Source: Octopus vulgaris (taxonomy: Eukaryota). Taken from it: a stretch of 64,000 bases of DNA. Both the position numbers and the translations under genes were made by a program. The stretch is from assembly GCA_951406725.2 (NCBI GenBank), contig OX597836.1:12834001-12898000 (forward strand). The letters run 5' to 3'. Positions 40,545-53,636 of the stretch are shown piece by piece (within the stretch, counting starts at the first letter, position 1; every line of letters starts with the position of its first letter). Under the pieces are notes generated by a model. The model had not been told where the DNA came from and searched no databases. It saw only the letters and a program-made list of their open reading frames with translations.

Positions 40545-40830
40545 AGCACCGGCACAGTGCTCTTATGCGAAACTGGTACAGATGCTTGTACGCAGCACTG
40601 GAATGGGTACTATTGCACAGCCTCAGCATGGGTGCCATCACATGGCACCAGCATAGGTGCTTTTATGTGGCACCAACATGGGTACTTTTACATGGCACCA
40701 ACATAGGTGCTACTACATGGTACCAGCACAGGTGCTTTTACACAGCACCAACATAGGTGCTTTTATGCGGCACTGACATGAGTGCCTTTATGTGGTACCA
40801 GCACAGATGCTTTTATGTGGTACTAGCACC
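40545..40830. repeat. Degenerate 28-bp minisatellite within a family D/RTE 3' UTR
   Basis: Recurrent gtgcttttatgtggcaccagcacag-like units. Confidence 0.7.
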
Positions 40831-42317
40831 CATGAACCCACAAGGCAAGGATCTCTCAGCTGAGAGGAGTGAGAGGCATGGATGTATAGAAGACTCTTGT
40901 ATGTATGGATGGCCACAATTTTATTTAACTTGATGTGTCTTCTCAGGCATTGCAAACTGCCAAACGTCTCGGTCCCTTGTTATCTCCTCTGTGAGGCCCA
41001 ACATTTGAAGATCCTTTCTTAACATTTCGACAAAGCAGGAATTTGGAAAATCTTTTAGCATTATTTATCCAATATTACACATAGCAAATGAAACACGTAT
41101 AATGATGAATAACTAATACCAACAAAATTTTCCAAGTTCCTGTTCTGTTATATAATATTCTGCAAAGAATATTTCCAGAACTTTCAACTCTAATATATAC
41201 CATACATCAGTGCAACAATAGCAACAACTACATACTAGATTGTAATACAAGGATGTGTGAGGGCGCGTGGCTTAGTGGTTAGGGCATTCGGCTCATGATC
41301 GTAAGGTTGTGAGTTCGATTCCCGGCGACGCGTTGTGTCCTTGAGCAAGACACTTTATTTCACGTTGCTCCAGTCCACTCAGCTGGCAAAAATGAGTTGT
41401 ACTTGTATTTCAAAGGGTCAGCCTTGTCACTCTCTGTGTCACGCTGATTATCCCCGAGAACTACGTTAAGAGTACACGTGTCTGTGGAATGCTCAGCCAT
41501 TTGCACGTTAATTTCACGAGCAAGCTGTTCCGTTGATCGTATCAGCTGGGACCCTCGTCGTCGTAACCGGCGGAGTCTTTTCTAATACAAGAATAAGCAG
41601 ATGTGCTTCAAGAGGATACAGCCTGCTTGGATTTTACCCTAACTACATTTTATAGATATATATTGTTATTATTATTATTAAGGCAGCAATCTGGCAGAAT
41701 TGTTAGTGCACTCTCTCTCTTTTACTCTTTTACTTGTTTCAGTCATTTGACTGCGGCCATGCTGGAGCACCGCCTTTAATCGAGCCACTAGACCCCAGGA
41801 CTTATTCTTTTGTAAGCCCAGTACTTATTTTATCGGTCTCTTTTGCCAAACCACTAAGTAATGGGGACATAAACACACCAGCATCGGTTGTCAAGCAATG
41901 CTAGGGGGACAAATACAGACACACAAACACACAACATGCATAGATATATACATACATATATACGACGGGCTTCTTTCAGTTTCCGTCTACCAAATCCACT
42001 CACAAGGCTTTGGTCGGCCCGAGGCTATAGTAGAAGACACTTGCCCAAGGTGCCACGCAGTGGGACTGAACCCGGAACCATGTGGTTGGTAAGCAAGCTA
42101 CTTACCACACAGCCACTCCTGCGCCTATGAAATGCTGGATGAAAAGCTTAGCGGTATTTCGCCCATTCCTACATTCTGTGTTCAAATTCCGCCAACATTG
42201 ACTTTGCCTTTCATCCTTTAGGGGTCGATAAATTAAGTACCAGTGAAACACTGGGGTCGATATGTTCAACTAGTCCCCTCCCCACAAATCTTTGGCCTTG
42301 TGCCTATAGTAGAAAGG

Positions 42318-42376
<59 letters not shown>

Positions 42377-42485
42377 CATTATTAATCATCAGAAGTTACA
42401 AAGTGATTCAAGGGCGGACACTTCCATACACGAGACTTATATTTTGTGTATGTATATATATATATATGTGTGTGTGTGTTATATA

Positions 42486-43560
42486 TTGGGTCATCCAATA
42501 AATAATGTGGCTTTTTTTCAATTCCATGAACTAAAAATCGGAGAGGAAGGAGATAAACTACCTGCATCAACTTGCTATAAAAGCAGGTAGTAATTTTACC
42601 TTGTCCTTATTCTTAGTGCAAGTTTTGAAGAGTGCACTTCGATTTTAGGAGTTATTTTCTCAAAGCTATAATAGAAGTGATAAAGGAGTATATTCGGTAT
42701 ATTTTGCTTCACGAGTTCAATAAAGGCAACAACACAACAGAAAGTGCAAGGAATATTAAAACAGTATATGGAGATCAGACAATAAGTGTAAACCAGTGTT
42801 AACAGTGGTTCTAGAAATTCTGAGCCAGAAACTACTGCCTAGAAGATGAGCCTCATTCTAGAAGATCTGTAGAGCTTGACGGGGATGTCCTGCAAACCCT
42901 GGAGGAACAAAATCCCATAGTAACTGGAACCAGCAGAGAAGCTTGGATTTGGTCATTCAACCATTCATTGACACTTGCGTGCCTTTGGAAAAGTCAGCAA
43001 ATTGTGTCAATGGGTTCCTCACAAACTTTCCAAGTTTAATCGTGCACAGAGAGTGAATGTGTGCTCTTCATTGCTGTCATGTCTCATGAATGAACCTTTA
43101 CTGGACTGAATAGTGACTGGTGATGAGAAATGGGTTCTCTATAAAAATGTCAAGCACCAAAAAAAGTGGTTAGAGAAAGGAGAAACACCAGCACCCCACG
43201 CTGAAAAAGGTCTTCATCCATGTAAGGTGTTGTTATCTGTTTGGCGGGATATGAAAGGTTTAGTCCAATTTGGACTTTTAAATCCAAACCAAATGATAAC
43301 AAAGGAGATCTACTGTGAGTAGCTTGAGTGACTTGGGTCAGTACTAGAAGAAAGATGACCATCTTTGGTTACAAGACAAAGGTGATCTTGCACCAGATAA
43401 TGCTAGGCCACATACAGCGAGGATGACATTTCAAAGGCTGGAGCAGTTTTGAATAGGAAACAATGCCCCACCCACCATATTCGCCAGGCATTGCCCCATC
43501 TGGTTAACATTTATTCTGCAGTCTTCAAAATCATTTAGACAGAAAAAGTATGAATTCTGT
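42486..43560 (+). pseudogene. Decayed mariner transposon
   Basis: TA-ttgggtcatccaataaat left TIR; WVPHKL, TGDEKWV, LHPxKVLLSVW, HQDNARPH and HPPYSP motifs with many stops. Confidence 0.9.
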
Positions 43561-44962
43561 ACATGATAAAATATATTCTTATATGGTTAGCAAAATAGCT
43601 TCTTTGTCAGTTACACACGATGAACAACATTTTAAGTATTGAATCTTACCAAGCTTTTGTTTTTGCTTCAAAACAGTTTAAGCTTCCTTTTACGATGTAC
43701 TGTGTGTTTACATCCCCATAACCTAGTGGTTCAGTAAAACAGACCAACAGAATAAGTACTAGGCTTACAAAGAATAAGTCCTAGGATCGATTTGCTCGAT
43801 TAAAGGTGGTGCTCCAGCATGGCCGCAGTCAAATGACTGAAATGAATAAAAGAATAATCATTCTACATCAGTTTTCCATGCTGGCATGGGTTGGATGGGT
43901 CAGCAAAGTCTGAGTTGTTTCTTTCTTAGAGCTATTGTTCCCAAAGATCCGGAGTTTATATTTTCGTTTGGGTTGGATTTTATGGTTGGATACATCCTCT
44001 TATTGCCAGCAACTTCACAGAGTGTACTGGGTGCATTTCCTTGAAGCATCAACAGACATGGTTGAGTGAAGAAAATGAAACATCAGAAGAAATAAAATGA
44101 AAGCTGAAGGAACAAGAGTGTAATGGGAAAGTATGATGACACATCTCTACTACTGCTAATCACTCATACACACACATACTGAGTCAACAGCTAATCTTTC
44201 CCACCACCACCACCATCTCTCTTCCCCACCCACTCCTGAAATCCTACCAAACATTATCCCTCTTTCTCATCATTCTCCTCCTCCTCAGCATTATAAGTCA
44301 TCTCCTACACCTCCACTTCCCTCATCACTCTCTGGGTCCACTCAGTCACTCCCACCTTTTCTTCTAATATGTAAGTAGTCATGTAGGTCCTTTACAAAAA
44401 GAAACCTGTTCTCTAGCCCCTACTCTCATGCTCTTACCTTGATTTTACCCATCCTCTCAGGGCAGAAAGTTGCCATGCTCTTACCTTGATTTTACCCATC
44501 CTCTCAGGGCAGAAAGTTGCCTCACCCCCACCCCTGGAGTTCATAGTCCTGCAAACTCGATGACAGCCTTGCTAGTGCTAGTGGCATGACACACTGTAAT
44601 GTGACTGGCATCAGGAAAGGCATCCTGGTGTAGAAACTATACCATTAGACACAGGAGTACATTGCAGTCCAACCCATACCAATATGGAACATGGATGGTA
44701 AATGATGATGATGATATTGCAGTACTCAAGAAGACCTCACTGCCAGAGTTGATATCCTAAAACCAAGGTGTGGATGGTGGTTCCACGTAAAAAGCAAAGG
44801 TGATGGTGTCATGCAAGAAAAGCACCCAGTGCACTCTGTAAAAAGACTGATGTTAGGAAGAGCATCTAGCTGTAGAAACCAAGCCAAAAGAGATAATTAT
44901 AAGAATCTGGTACAGCCTCTAGCCTTGCCAGTTCCTGTGAAGCTGACCAACCCATGAAGATG

Positions 44963-45022
<60 letters not shown>

Positions 45023-46219
45023 CCTGTGCAAAGCTTTTAGTTGGCCATGCCAGATATGATATGTTGGTCATAGGTGTAAAAGAAGGATATGAAAGTTCCT
45101 TTTCAAAATGCTCGTGAAGTATATATGGCCCTTTGAAATACAGGTAGAACTCATTTTTGTCAGCTGAGTGGACTGGAGTAGTGTGAAATAAAGTGTCTTG
45201 CTCAAGGACACAACGTAACCTCTCAACTGCAAAGTAACCTCTCAACAGTGTTCATGCGGTCAAGTGGTTAGCATTAGAAAAAACATGCAACTGTAGAATC
45301 TATACCAAAGCAGGCACTGGAGTGCTTCAATGCACTCTGCGGATCCTTCAGATCCTGTTTGACTGTCTAACCCATGCTAGCATGAAACATGGATGTTCAA
45401 TGATGATCGTGATCATGTATCGGGGGGGGGGCATCCAGCTGTAAAAACAATACCAAAGCAGACAATGGAGTCTGGTGCAATTCTCTGGCTTGTCAGCTCT
45501 TGTCAAACTGTCCAGCCCATGACAGCATGGAAAACAGACTTTAAATCAATGTAGGGCCCCTTTGATTTCTGTTTTACTCAGATGGGCCCTCATAGCCATT
45601 TGATACTTTTAAAAAATCCTATTATATTTTTATAACTAAATATTATTAGGAATTCTAGAAGAAACAAATATTACTCTTTTACTTGTTTCAGTCATTTGAC
45701 TGTGGCCATGCTGAAGCACCGCCTTTAGTCAAGCAAATCGATCCCAGGACTTATTCTTTGGAAGCCTAGTACTTATTCTATCGGACTCATTTGCCAAACC
45801 GCTAAGTTATGGGAACGTAAACACACCACCATCGGTGGTCAAGCGATGTTGAGGGGACAAACACAGACACACAAACACACACACACATATATATATATAA
45901 TATATACATATATACGACGGGCTTCTTTCAGTTTCCGTCTACCAAATCCATTCACAAGGCTTTGGTCGGCCCGAGGCTATAGTAGAAGACACTTGCCCAA
46001 GGTGCCACGCAGTGGGACAGAACCCGGAACCATGTGGTTGGTAAGCAAGCTACTTACCACACAACCACTCCTGCGCATATTGTTAAAATATGTTGTAAAA
46101 ATTGTAGAAGAGTAACCAATTTATTGCCCCTAAACTTTAACAACAAAATCTTATATCGACCCCAAAGTGTCATATGGGTTCCGGCTGAGAACCACCGCTT
46201 TAAATGATGATGACGATGG

Positions 46220-46260
<41 letters not shown>

Positions 46261-48770
46261 GCTTTTCAAACTTTTTGCTGAAGCGGAACCCCAAGGAAAT
46301 ATTCCACTGGCTTGAGGAACCCCTGTGCAATAATTTAATTGTCTTATGCACACATATCTGCACAGGAGAATTAAAAACTACTGTCGATTTTAGCATTTTT
46401 GTAACTTCTTGCAGAACCCCTCGACTGTACTGGTGGAACCCCAAGGTTCCGCGGAACCCTGGTTGAAAACCACTGATATATATATATATATATATGCCAG
46501 CCTCGCCTGGCCCCCGTGCCGGTGGCACGTAAAAAGCACCATCTGTCCGTAGCCGTTTGCCAGCTCCGTCTGGCACTTGTGCGGGTGGCATGTAAAAAGC
46601 ACCCACTACACTCACGGAGTGGTTGGCGTTAGGAAGGGCATCCAGCCGTAGAAACACTGCCAGATCAGACTGGGCCTGATGCAGCCTTCTGGCTTCACAG
46701 ACCCCAGTTGAACCGTCCAACCCATGCTAGCATGGAAAACGGATGCTAAATGATGATGATGATGATGAGATATATATATATGTATGTATGTATAAATATA
46801 TAAGCATGCACACACACATATACACTCACGGAGCCGCTGCTATATTTACTCTAGTTTGATTTGCCCAATATTAAAAGCAGCACACGGTGCACCAGATTTT
46901 CTCTTTCTGGTCTGTTGGCTGGTTATGATTCACCACAATTCAATACAATGAAATCAATAAAATATAATAACATTTAGTAAGATTGGTGTCACACAGTTAC
47001 TCACTAAACAGCACAGCTAAACTTATTGATGCTTTTTTTTTTATTTTTTGTGTAGTTATTTATTTATTTATTTTATTTTATTTTCGCAGTCCCATTTCAT
47101 CGCTTTCCATAAGCTTGGCTGTCTGTCTTTTTTTTTTTTTTGTGGCATGACGTATTGATTTCATTAATATATTAGAGTAGAGAGATTCCTGCAGCATCAA
47201 GATTCATGATGCAGTGTTTCCCCCTATTAGTACTACTGTGTGCCAAATAATCTCTGCTCCAGATCTGCCATCCACATCTGTAGTCAACACATTATCAACA
47301 AACTGCAACTACCATGAATTATAACAACACCATTAGTTACAAAAATAAGTTTCTATTATCAGTACAAATGTAGGAGGGACTTCTACGTGGTTACTCGACC
47401 TGTTAAAAATAGTAGCCAAATCTTCCTCAAATCACGCTTACTCTTTACTCTTTTACTTGTTTCAGTCATTTGACTGCGGCCATGCTGGAGCACCGCCTTT
47501 AGTCGAGCAACTCGACCCTGGGACTTATTCTTTTGTAAGCCCAGTACTTATTCTATCGGTCTTTTTTGCCGAACCACTAAGTGACGGGAACATAAACACA
47601 CCAGCATCGGTTGTCAAGCAATGCTAGGGGGACAAACACAGACACACAAACACACATACACATATATATATATATATATACATATATACGACAGGCTTCT
47701 TTCAGTTTCCGTCTACCAAATCCACTCACAAGGCATTGGTTGGCCCGGGGCTATAGCAGAAGACACTTGGCCAAAATGCCACGCAGTAGGATTGAACCCG
47801 GAACCATGTGGTTGGTTAGCAAGCTACTTACCACACAGCCACTCCTGCGCCTATAAGAGTTTCTATCTGTGTTTTTCTTTTTCTTTCTCTTTTTTTTTTT
47901 TGTTCTAAATACATTGGATAATGTAAGTTCTATGTCAAGAAAAGAAAAGGCGGAATGGTCATGACAGGAATGTCCTTAATAATAGTTTCCCAATCAAAAC
48001 TAATCTACAACCAGGCTTTATGCGAGTCCTCTGGTCGTTTGACCTGCAAGAAATAGCAGTCACGTCTCCCCCTCATATTAACCACCCGTAATCTTCTTAA
48101 GCAAGTGGTTACATTGAGATAATATCGTCCTAGATACACTGGGAAATAAATTAGAAATTTTTAAAACTGTTTTGTCACCGGAAGAATGATTTTATTCACA
48201 ACTTTTCTCAGTCAATGGTGACCTCGGGTTTAAGAAGGTAGCCACGAACTACTCTCCGTGTTCGCTTGCTTAATCTGTCAGAAATAGCAGCTAAATCTCT
48301 TTTAAATAAAGGACATATTTATTATCATAATTACAGATACAGGCGCAGGAGTGGCTGTGTGGTAAGTAGCTTGCTTACCAACCACATGGTTTCCGGGTTC
48401 AGTCCCACTGCGTGGCACCTTGAGCAAGTGTCTTCTACTATAGCTTCGGGCCGACCAAAGCCTTGTGAGTGGATTTGATAGACGGAAACTGAAAGAAGCC
48501 TGTCGTATATATGTTGTGTGTGTGTGTGGTGCGTGTGTGTATGTTTGTGTGTCTGTGTTTGTCCCCAACATCGCTTGACAACCGATGGTGGTGTGTTTAC
48601 GTCCGCGTAACTTAGCGGTTCGGCAAAAAAGACCGGTAGAATAAGTACTAGGCTTACAAAGGAATAAGTCCTGAGGTCAATTTCTTACGATTAAAATTCT
48701 TTAATTTGCTCGACTAAAGGCGGTGCTCCAGCATGGCCGCAGTCAAAATGTGACTGAAACAAGTAAAAGA

Positions 48771-48825
<55 letters not shown>

Positions 48826-49692
48826 TGTGTATACATATCGTTTGAATAAAAGGCGGAATATTCACCGCTAAAGTGGTTTTGATCATGGGTTTGCTCGATC
48901 AGAGCAGGCCTGGGGTTAAACGAGTCTTACTCTGACTCATAGAATATGTCTAAGTGAAAACTGCACAGGACTACATTATTGAGAAGAAAAAAACATATCC
49001 CAGCAATGTTACCCCAATTCTATATTTATTATTGTTGTCGATGTTGTTCAACCCCCATGTCAGCTTCGATCGAGCTGCCTATGACGAGAGATGTTCCGTC
49101 ACATTTGAAGAACGTGACATGAGGAACATCTGGCTATCATTTCTAGCAGGTTGAGCAAACACGCGCAGACGGAGGCTGCTTTGTTGACTCGTGTGCTCGT
49201 GTGACTCGTGTCAATCCACAATCAGATGTTGTTTAACCCCAAGTCAGCCTCGATCGAGCAGACCTATATAATCAAAGGCGTTCTAGTCGTGACCATCCAT
49301 TCTCTTTTTTCACTTTTTCATTTTTTTAGTATAACAGGAAGTACATGCTTCATTGTGTCCCACTATGTTCACCGTAGTGATTCGAAGGAGATTTGACTGC
49401 TGTTTCTAGCAGACCGAGCAACCTTGTAGGCGGAGACTGCTTTATTGGCTTTGCAGAGTTCGTTATATATAATATCATGATGTCACGAAAATAGATTTCG
49501 CGAACTCAATTCGTGGAAAACATATTCTGTGGGGTTTATTATCATTATATTCCATCGAGGTCGACCTAGCCTTTCGTCCCTTCGTGGTCGATGAAACAAG
49601 CAACATTTGTGCACTGGGGGGGGGGGGGGGTCTCCGTACCGACATCACCTTCCCTTTAAAATTGCTGGCTTTGTGCCAAAACTAGAAAGAAC

Positions 49693-49726
<34 letters not shown>

Positions 49727-49932
49727 GAGTGAGAGAGCAGTGTATGCCATCAAAGAGACACTGGGGTAAAATATACGAAGCCCAGTATACCCCTCATGAC
49801 TACCCGTTTGATAAGGGTACATTATTATTATTATTATTATTATTGAGTGAGAGAGCAGTGCTTGCCATCAAAGAGACCCCGGGGTAAAATATACGAAGCC
49901 CAATATACCCGTCTGATAAGGGTACAAGGGTA

Positions 49933-49975
<43 letters not shown>

Positions 49976-50212
49976 GAGTGAGAGAGCAGTGCATGCCATC
50001 AAAGAGACACTGGGGTAAAATATACGAAGCCCAGTATACCCCTCATGACTACCCGTTTGATAAGGGTACATTATTATTATTATTATTATCATTATTATTA
50101 TTATTATTATTGAGTGAGAGAGCAGTGCTTGCCATCAAAGAGACCCCGGGGTAAAATATACGAAGCCCAATATACCCCTCATGACTACCCGTCTGATAAG
50201 GGTACAAGGGTA

Positions 50213-50252
<40 letters not shown>

Positions 50253-50368
50253 GAGTGAGAGAGCAGTGCATGCCATCAAAGAGACACTGGGGTAAAATAT
50301 ACAAAGCCCAATATACCCCTCATGACTACCCGTCTGATAAGGGTACATTCTTCTTCTTCTTCTTCTTC

Positions 50369-50412
<44 letters not shown>

Positions 50413-50535
50413 TATTATTATTATTGTTGTTGAGTGAGAGAGCAGAGCATGTCGTCAAAGAGACACTGGGGTAAAATATACGAAGCCCAATATACCCCTC
50501 ATGACTACCCGTCTGATAAGGGTACATTCTTGTTA

Positions 50536-50593
<58 letters not shown>

Positions 50594-50703
50594 TATTATT
50601 ATCATTATTATTATTATTATTGTTGAGTGAGAGAGCAGAGCATGTCGTCAAAGAGACACTGGGGTGAAATATATGAAGCCCAATACCCGTCTGATAAGGG
50701 TAC
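49727..50703 (-). repeat. Tandem array of seven 80-100 bp retroposon 3'-end units separated by (ATT)n/(CTT)n tracts
   Basis: Unit gagtgagagagcagtgcatgccatcaaagagacactggggtaaaatatacgaagccc...ctgataagggtac starts at 49727, 49845, 49976, 50112, 50253, 50432 and 50625. Confidence 0.92.
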
Positions 50704-51063
50704 ATTCTTCTTCTTCTTCTTCTTATTATTATTATTATTATCATTATTATTATTATTAAAGAAATGAAGCGAGGGGTTTCGAAACCCGTGGTCGTGGTTT
50801 TTAACTCCACTTCGATCGTACAGACCTATGATTAAAAAGACACTCCAGTCGTGGCAATCCCATCGTTTTATGCTGCAAGGCCACAGCGTGACCAGAACCA
50901 CATTATCAAACGTGGCTTTGTTCTTTTTTTAGCATCAAGACCACTCACAATGCCTTTTTTATTATTATTCTTCCCAGGCATAAATATATCTGAACCACAT
51001 TACGAGGACTTAACAGTAAAATAGCGCTAATTTCTTTGCAAATATATATATATAAAATTAAAT

Positions 51064-51260
51064 GCAGTAGAAGCCGCTTATTATAATCACAGTGTTATTG
51101 AACGGGTTATATCGTGATCGATACTGATGAGCACCGAATACGCTCAGGATATTGCCACACTCCGTTTAATGTTATCAGCTAATTATTATTATTATCCTTA
51201 TTTTTGTTATTATTATTATTATTATTATTACTATTATTATTATTATTATCATTATTATTA

Positions 51261-51300
<40 letters not shown>

Positions 51301-51846
51301 TATTATTATTATCATTATTATTATCATTATTATTATCATTATTATTATTATTATTATTATTGCTATTATTATTATCATTATTATTATCATTATTATTATT
51401 ATTATTATCCTTATTTTTGTTATTATTTTATATTTTTACTCTGTAAATCCCTCCGTTTTGTGCATTTATTTGTATTTGCGGCCTTGTGTGCTCTACGTAG
51501 GCCCATGTGGCTAATAAAGGAAACATTATTATTATCATTATTCTTTAAAAGGATCATTTCTAATTTGATCAAAATAAGCAGCTTGTAAACTGCATTCGAA
51601 GAAAGAATGCTTTCAACTACAATGGGTAGAATCCGCTTATTGTAATTACAGACAACGTTAGCAAACGGTTACTGTGATAAAATAAAACACCAATAGGTAC
51701 CAAACACGATCGGGGGTATCTCCATACTGTCTTCTGTCTTCTGCCTAATGTTATATCAGCCGATCGTTATTATTATTATTATTATTATTATCGTTTAAGA
51801 GGCTCATCACCCTCTAATTAGATCACAATAAGCGGCTTCTGCTGTA
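51064..51846. mobile_element. Two adjacent related MITEs (about 51064-51594 and 51620-51846), each with an internal (ATT)n expansion
   Basis: TIR cagtagaagccgcttatt / aataagcggcttctgctg; internal sequences are similar between the two copies. Confidence 0.7.
51181..51430. repeat. Long (ATT)n microsatellite
   Basis: Directly visible; explains the poly-Y, poly-I and poly-L ORFs. Confidence 0.95.
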
Positions 51847-52265
51847 TATGAAGAATGCTTTTAAGACCTTATTTCACTCATCTCAAAGCATTGTTAGTCA
51901 TCGACCACGCCCCCCCCCCACCGCAGCCCCCCCCCCCAAAAAAAAAGGGCCGAGATTTTTTTAAATTTCAACAACTGTTACATTTAAAAACCTGTTGCTT
52001 GAAATTAGAGCAAAGCAAAGCAAGCAAGAAAAAAGGAAAGCAAAGCAAGCAGAGGCGACAAAGAAGCAACGTATCACACATAAGGTGTTGGTAAGATAAT
52101 GAAAATACGATCAGTAGGCGCGAATGGTGGGGAGGAGAAAAAAAAAAGGCGACGTAGAAACAGGACATTTTTTTCATTAAATCGTCGCCTTTTTTTGTCG
52201 CTCCTTATGCCTTACGGTCTGAGCAACATCTTTCAGTGAATCTTAAGAAATAAAAAGGAACCAAC

Positions 52266-52291
52266 CTGACGGTAACTGTAGCTGCCAGCAT
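52266..52291 (-). CDS. HS1BP3: HS1BP3 coding exon 1 (MLAATVTVR)
   Basis: ATG at 52291; ATG CTG GCA GCT ACA GTT ACC GTC AG|gttggt. The phase-2 end joins exon 2 (AG+G = Arg). Resembles the short N-terminus of vertebrate HS1BP3 before RxQNxxTGxD. Confidence 0.75.
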
Positions 52292-52616
52292 CTTGGAAAT
52301 AGCAGACGATAGTCTGATCCACCTACCGAATCACGTTATCATCATCCACTTGCACTTTACCATGAGTTCTCGTTACGACGAGATTACGAAATTGTTTACT
52401 ACTTTTTCTTTGTGTTTTTCCTCTTTCCAATTCCCGAGAAAAAATTTTTTCAGAATTTTCTTCGACTCTGATATTTTAAATATACATAATGCTTAATATA
52501 AGTATTTGAATTCTAAATATTATAGAGAATTATTTTAAATTCTTCTAAAAAAAAATAAGTGTTATTGAAAGCGATATACCCATGATGCTCTTGTGAAGTC
52601 CTCCGTCAGAACAACC
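52292..52616. promoter_or_regulatory. Shared bidirectional promoter / 5' UTR region of HS1BP3 and UQCRB
   Basis: Divergent start codons at 52291 (-) and 52617 (+). The interval has no recognisable repeats and has an AT-rich centre with CpG-richer flanks. Confidence 0.7.
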
Positions 52617-52644
52617 ATGGCCGCACGTCAAGCAATCAAAGAAG
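52617..52644 (+). CDS. UQCRB: UQCRB (complex III subunit 7) exon 1
   Basis: aaccATGG Kozak-like start; MAARQAIKE G|gtgagt, phase-1 donor. Confidence 0.85.
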
Positions 52645-53236
52645 GTGAGTAAATAATTAGCCTTTCTATTTAATTAACTGATTAATTATTCTTTCATTTA
52701 ATTTTTACTGTGCAAGAAATAATACTCCTCCAGCTTTTCCCAAAAATTATATAACAATCAAACACTTCTTTGACCTTCGACCAACACCCTTTCCTATGTC
52801 AACAATGTTATCCAAGGACATTCACCTTCTGTGTCTCTTCTGATATTTTGGAGGACAATTTTTTTGTTTATCGTCTCACCTGGTCTTCTTTATGATTCCT
52901 TTTACGTCTAGTATTATGTTAAAGGAACATAAATCGACCTCGGTATATGACTGAATATACCTTATGTCTTTTCTAGTTGTCCTTTTGAACAAACACCTCA
53001 GCATTTGTACCTTTGTTATTGCGAACCATCGAAAGAATGTCCACGCGATCTGTTTGATCTAGCTTCGAAATTTACTTCCAATCACACACACCTGTCGTCT
53101 TACGAGGCGATGGATACATTAAACTATATGCCCCAAGACATAAAAAACTGAAAAACGTTATGGTCGTGGTTGGAAGGTCTTTAATCATAGATCTACTCGG
53201 TCACTTCCGACCTGAGTTAATTCACCTTTCTCTGTT

Positions 53237-53636
53237 TTTACCTGTTAGAAATGAGATCCAGATTTGATTCATATCACACACCTGTCGTTTTAAGATGAAT
53301 AATTTGGATTATATGATCCAATTTGTATGTAAATTAAAAAAAGACTGTGCAGTCGTGGTTGGAACGCTTTTGATCGGAAGTCTGTTCTGTCACGTCTGAC
53401 CTAAGTTTAAACAATTTGTCCTCTCCAGCTTTTACCTGTTAGAAATAAGATCCAAATTTGATTCATATCACACACCTGTAGTTTTATGATGAATAATTTG
53501 GACTATATGATCCAATTTGTATATAAATTTAAAAAAAGACTGTGCAGTCATGGTTGGAACGCTTTTGATTAGAAGTTTGCTCTGTCACGTCTGACCTAAG
53601 TTTAAACAATTTGTCCTCTCCAGCTTTTTACCTGTC
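53237..53636. repeat. Tandem duplication of about 195 bp (older third copy at about 53040-53236)
   Basis: tttacctgttagaaat...gacctaagtttaaacaatttgtcctctccagct occurs twice. Confidence 0.8.

Noticed and set aside
49727-50703. CRISPR-like repeat-spacer array
   Set aside because: Repeats are 80-100 bp, spacers are (ATT)n microsatellites, there are no cas genes, and the context is a eukaryotic intron.
51124-51150. CTGATGA-gcacc-GAAT hammerhead-like motif
   Set aside because: GAAA is broken, helix I is absent, and the paralogous MITE copy lacks it.
51127-51588. Poly-Tyr/Leu/Ile ORFs
   Set aside because: Translations of an (ATT)n microsatellite.
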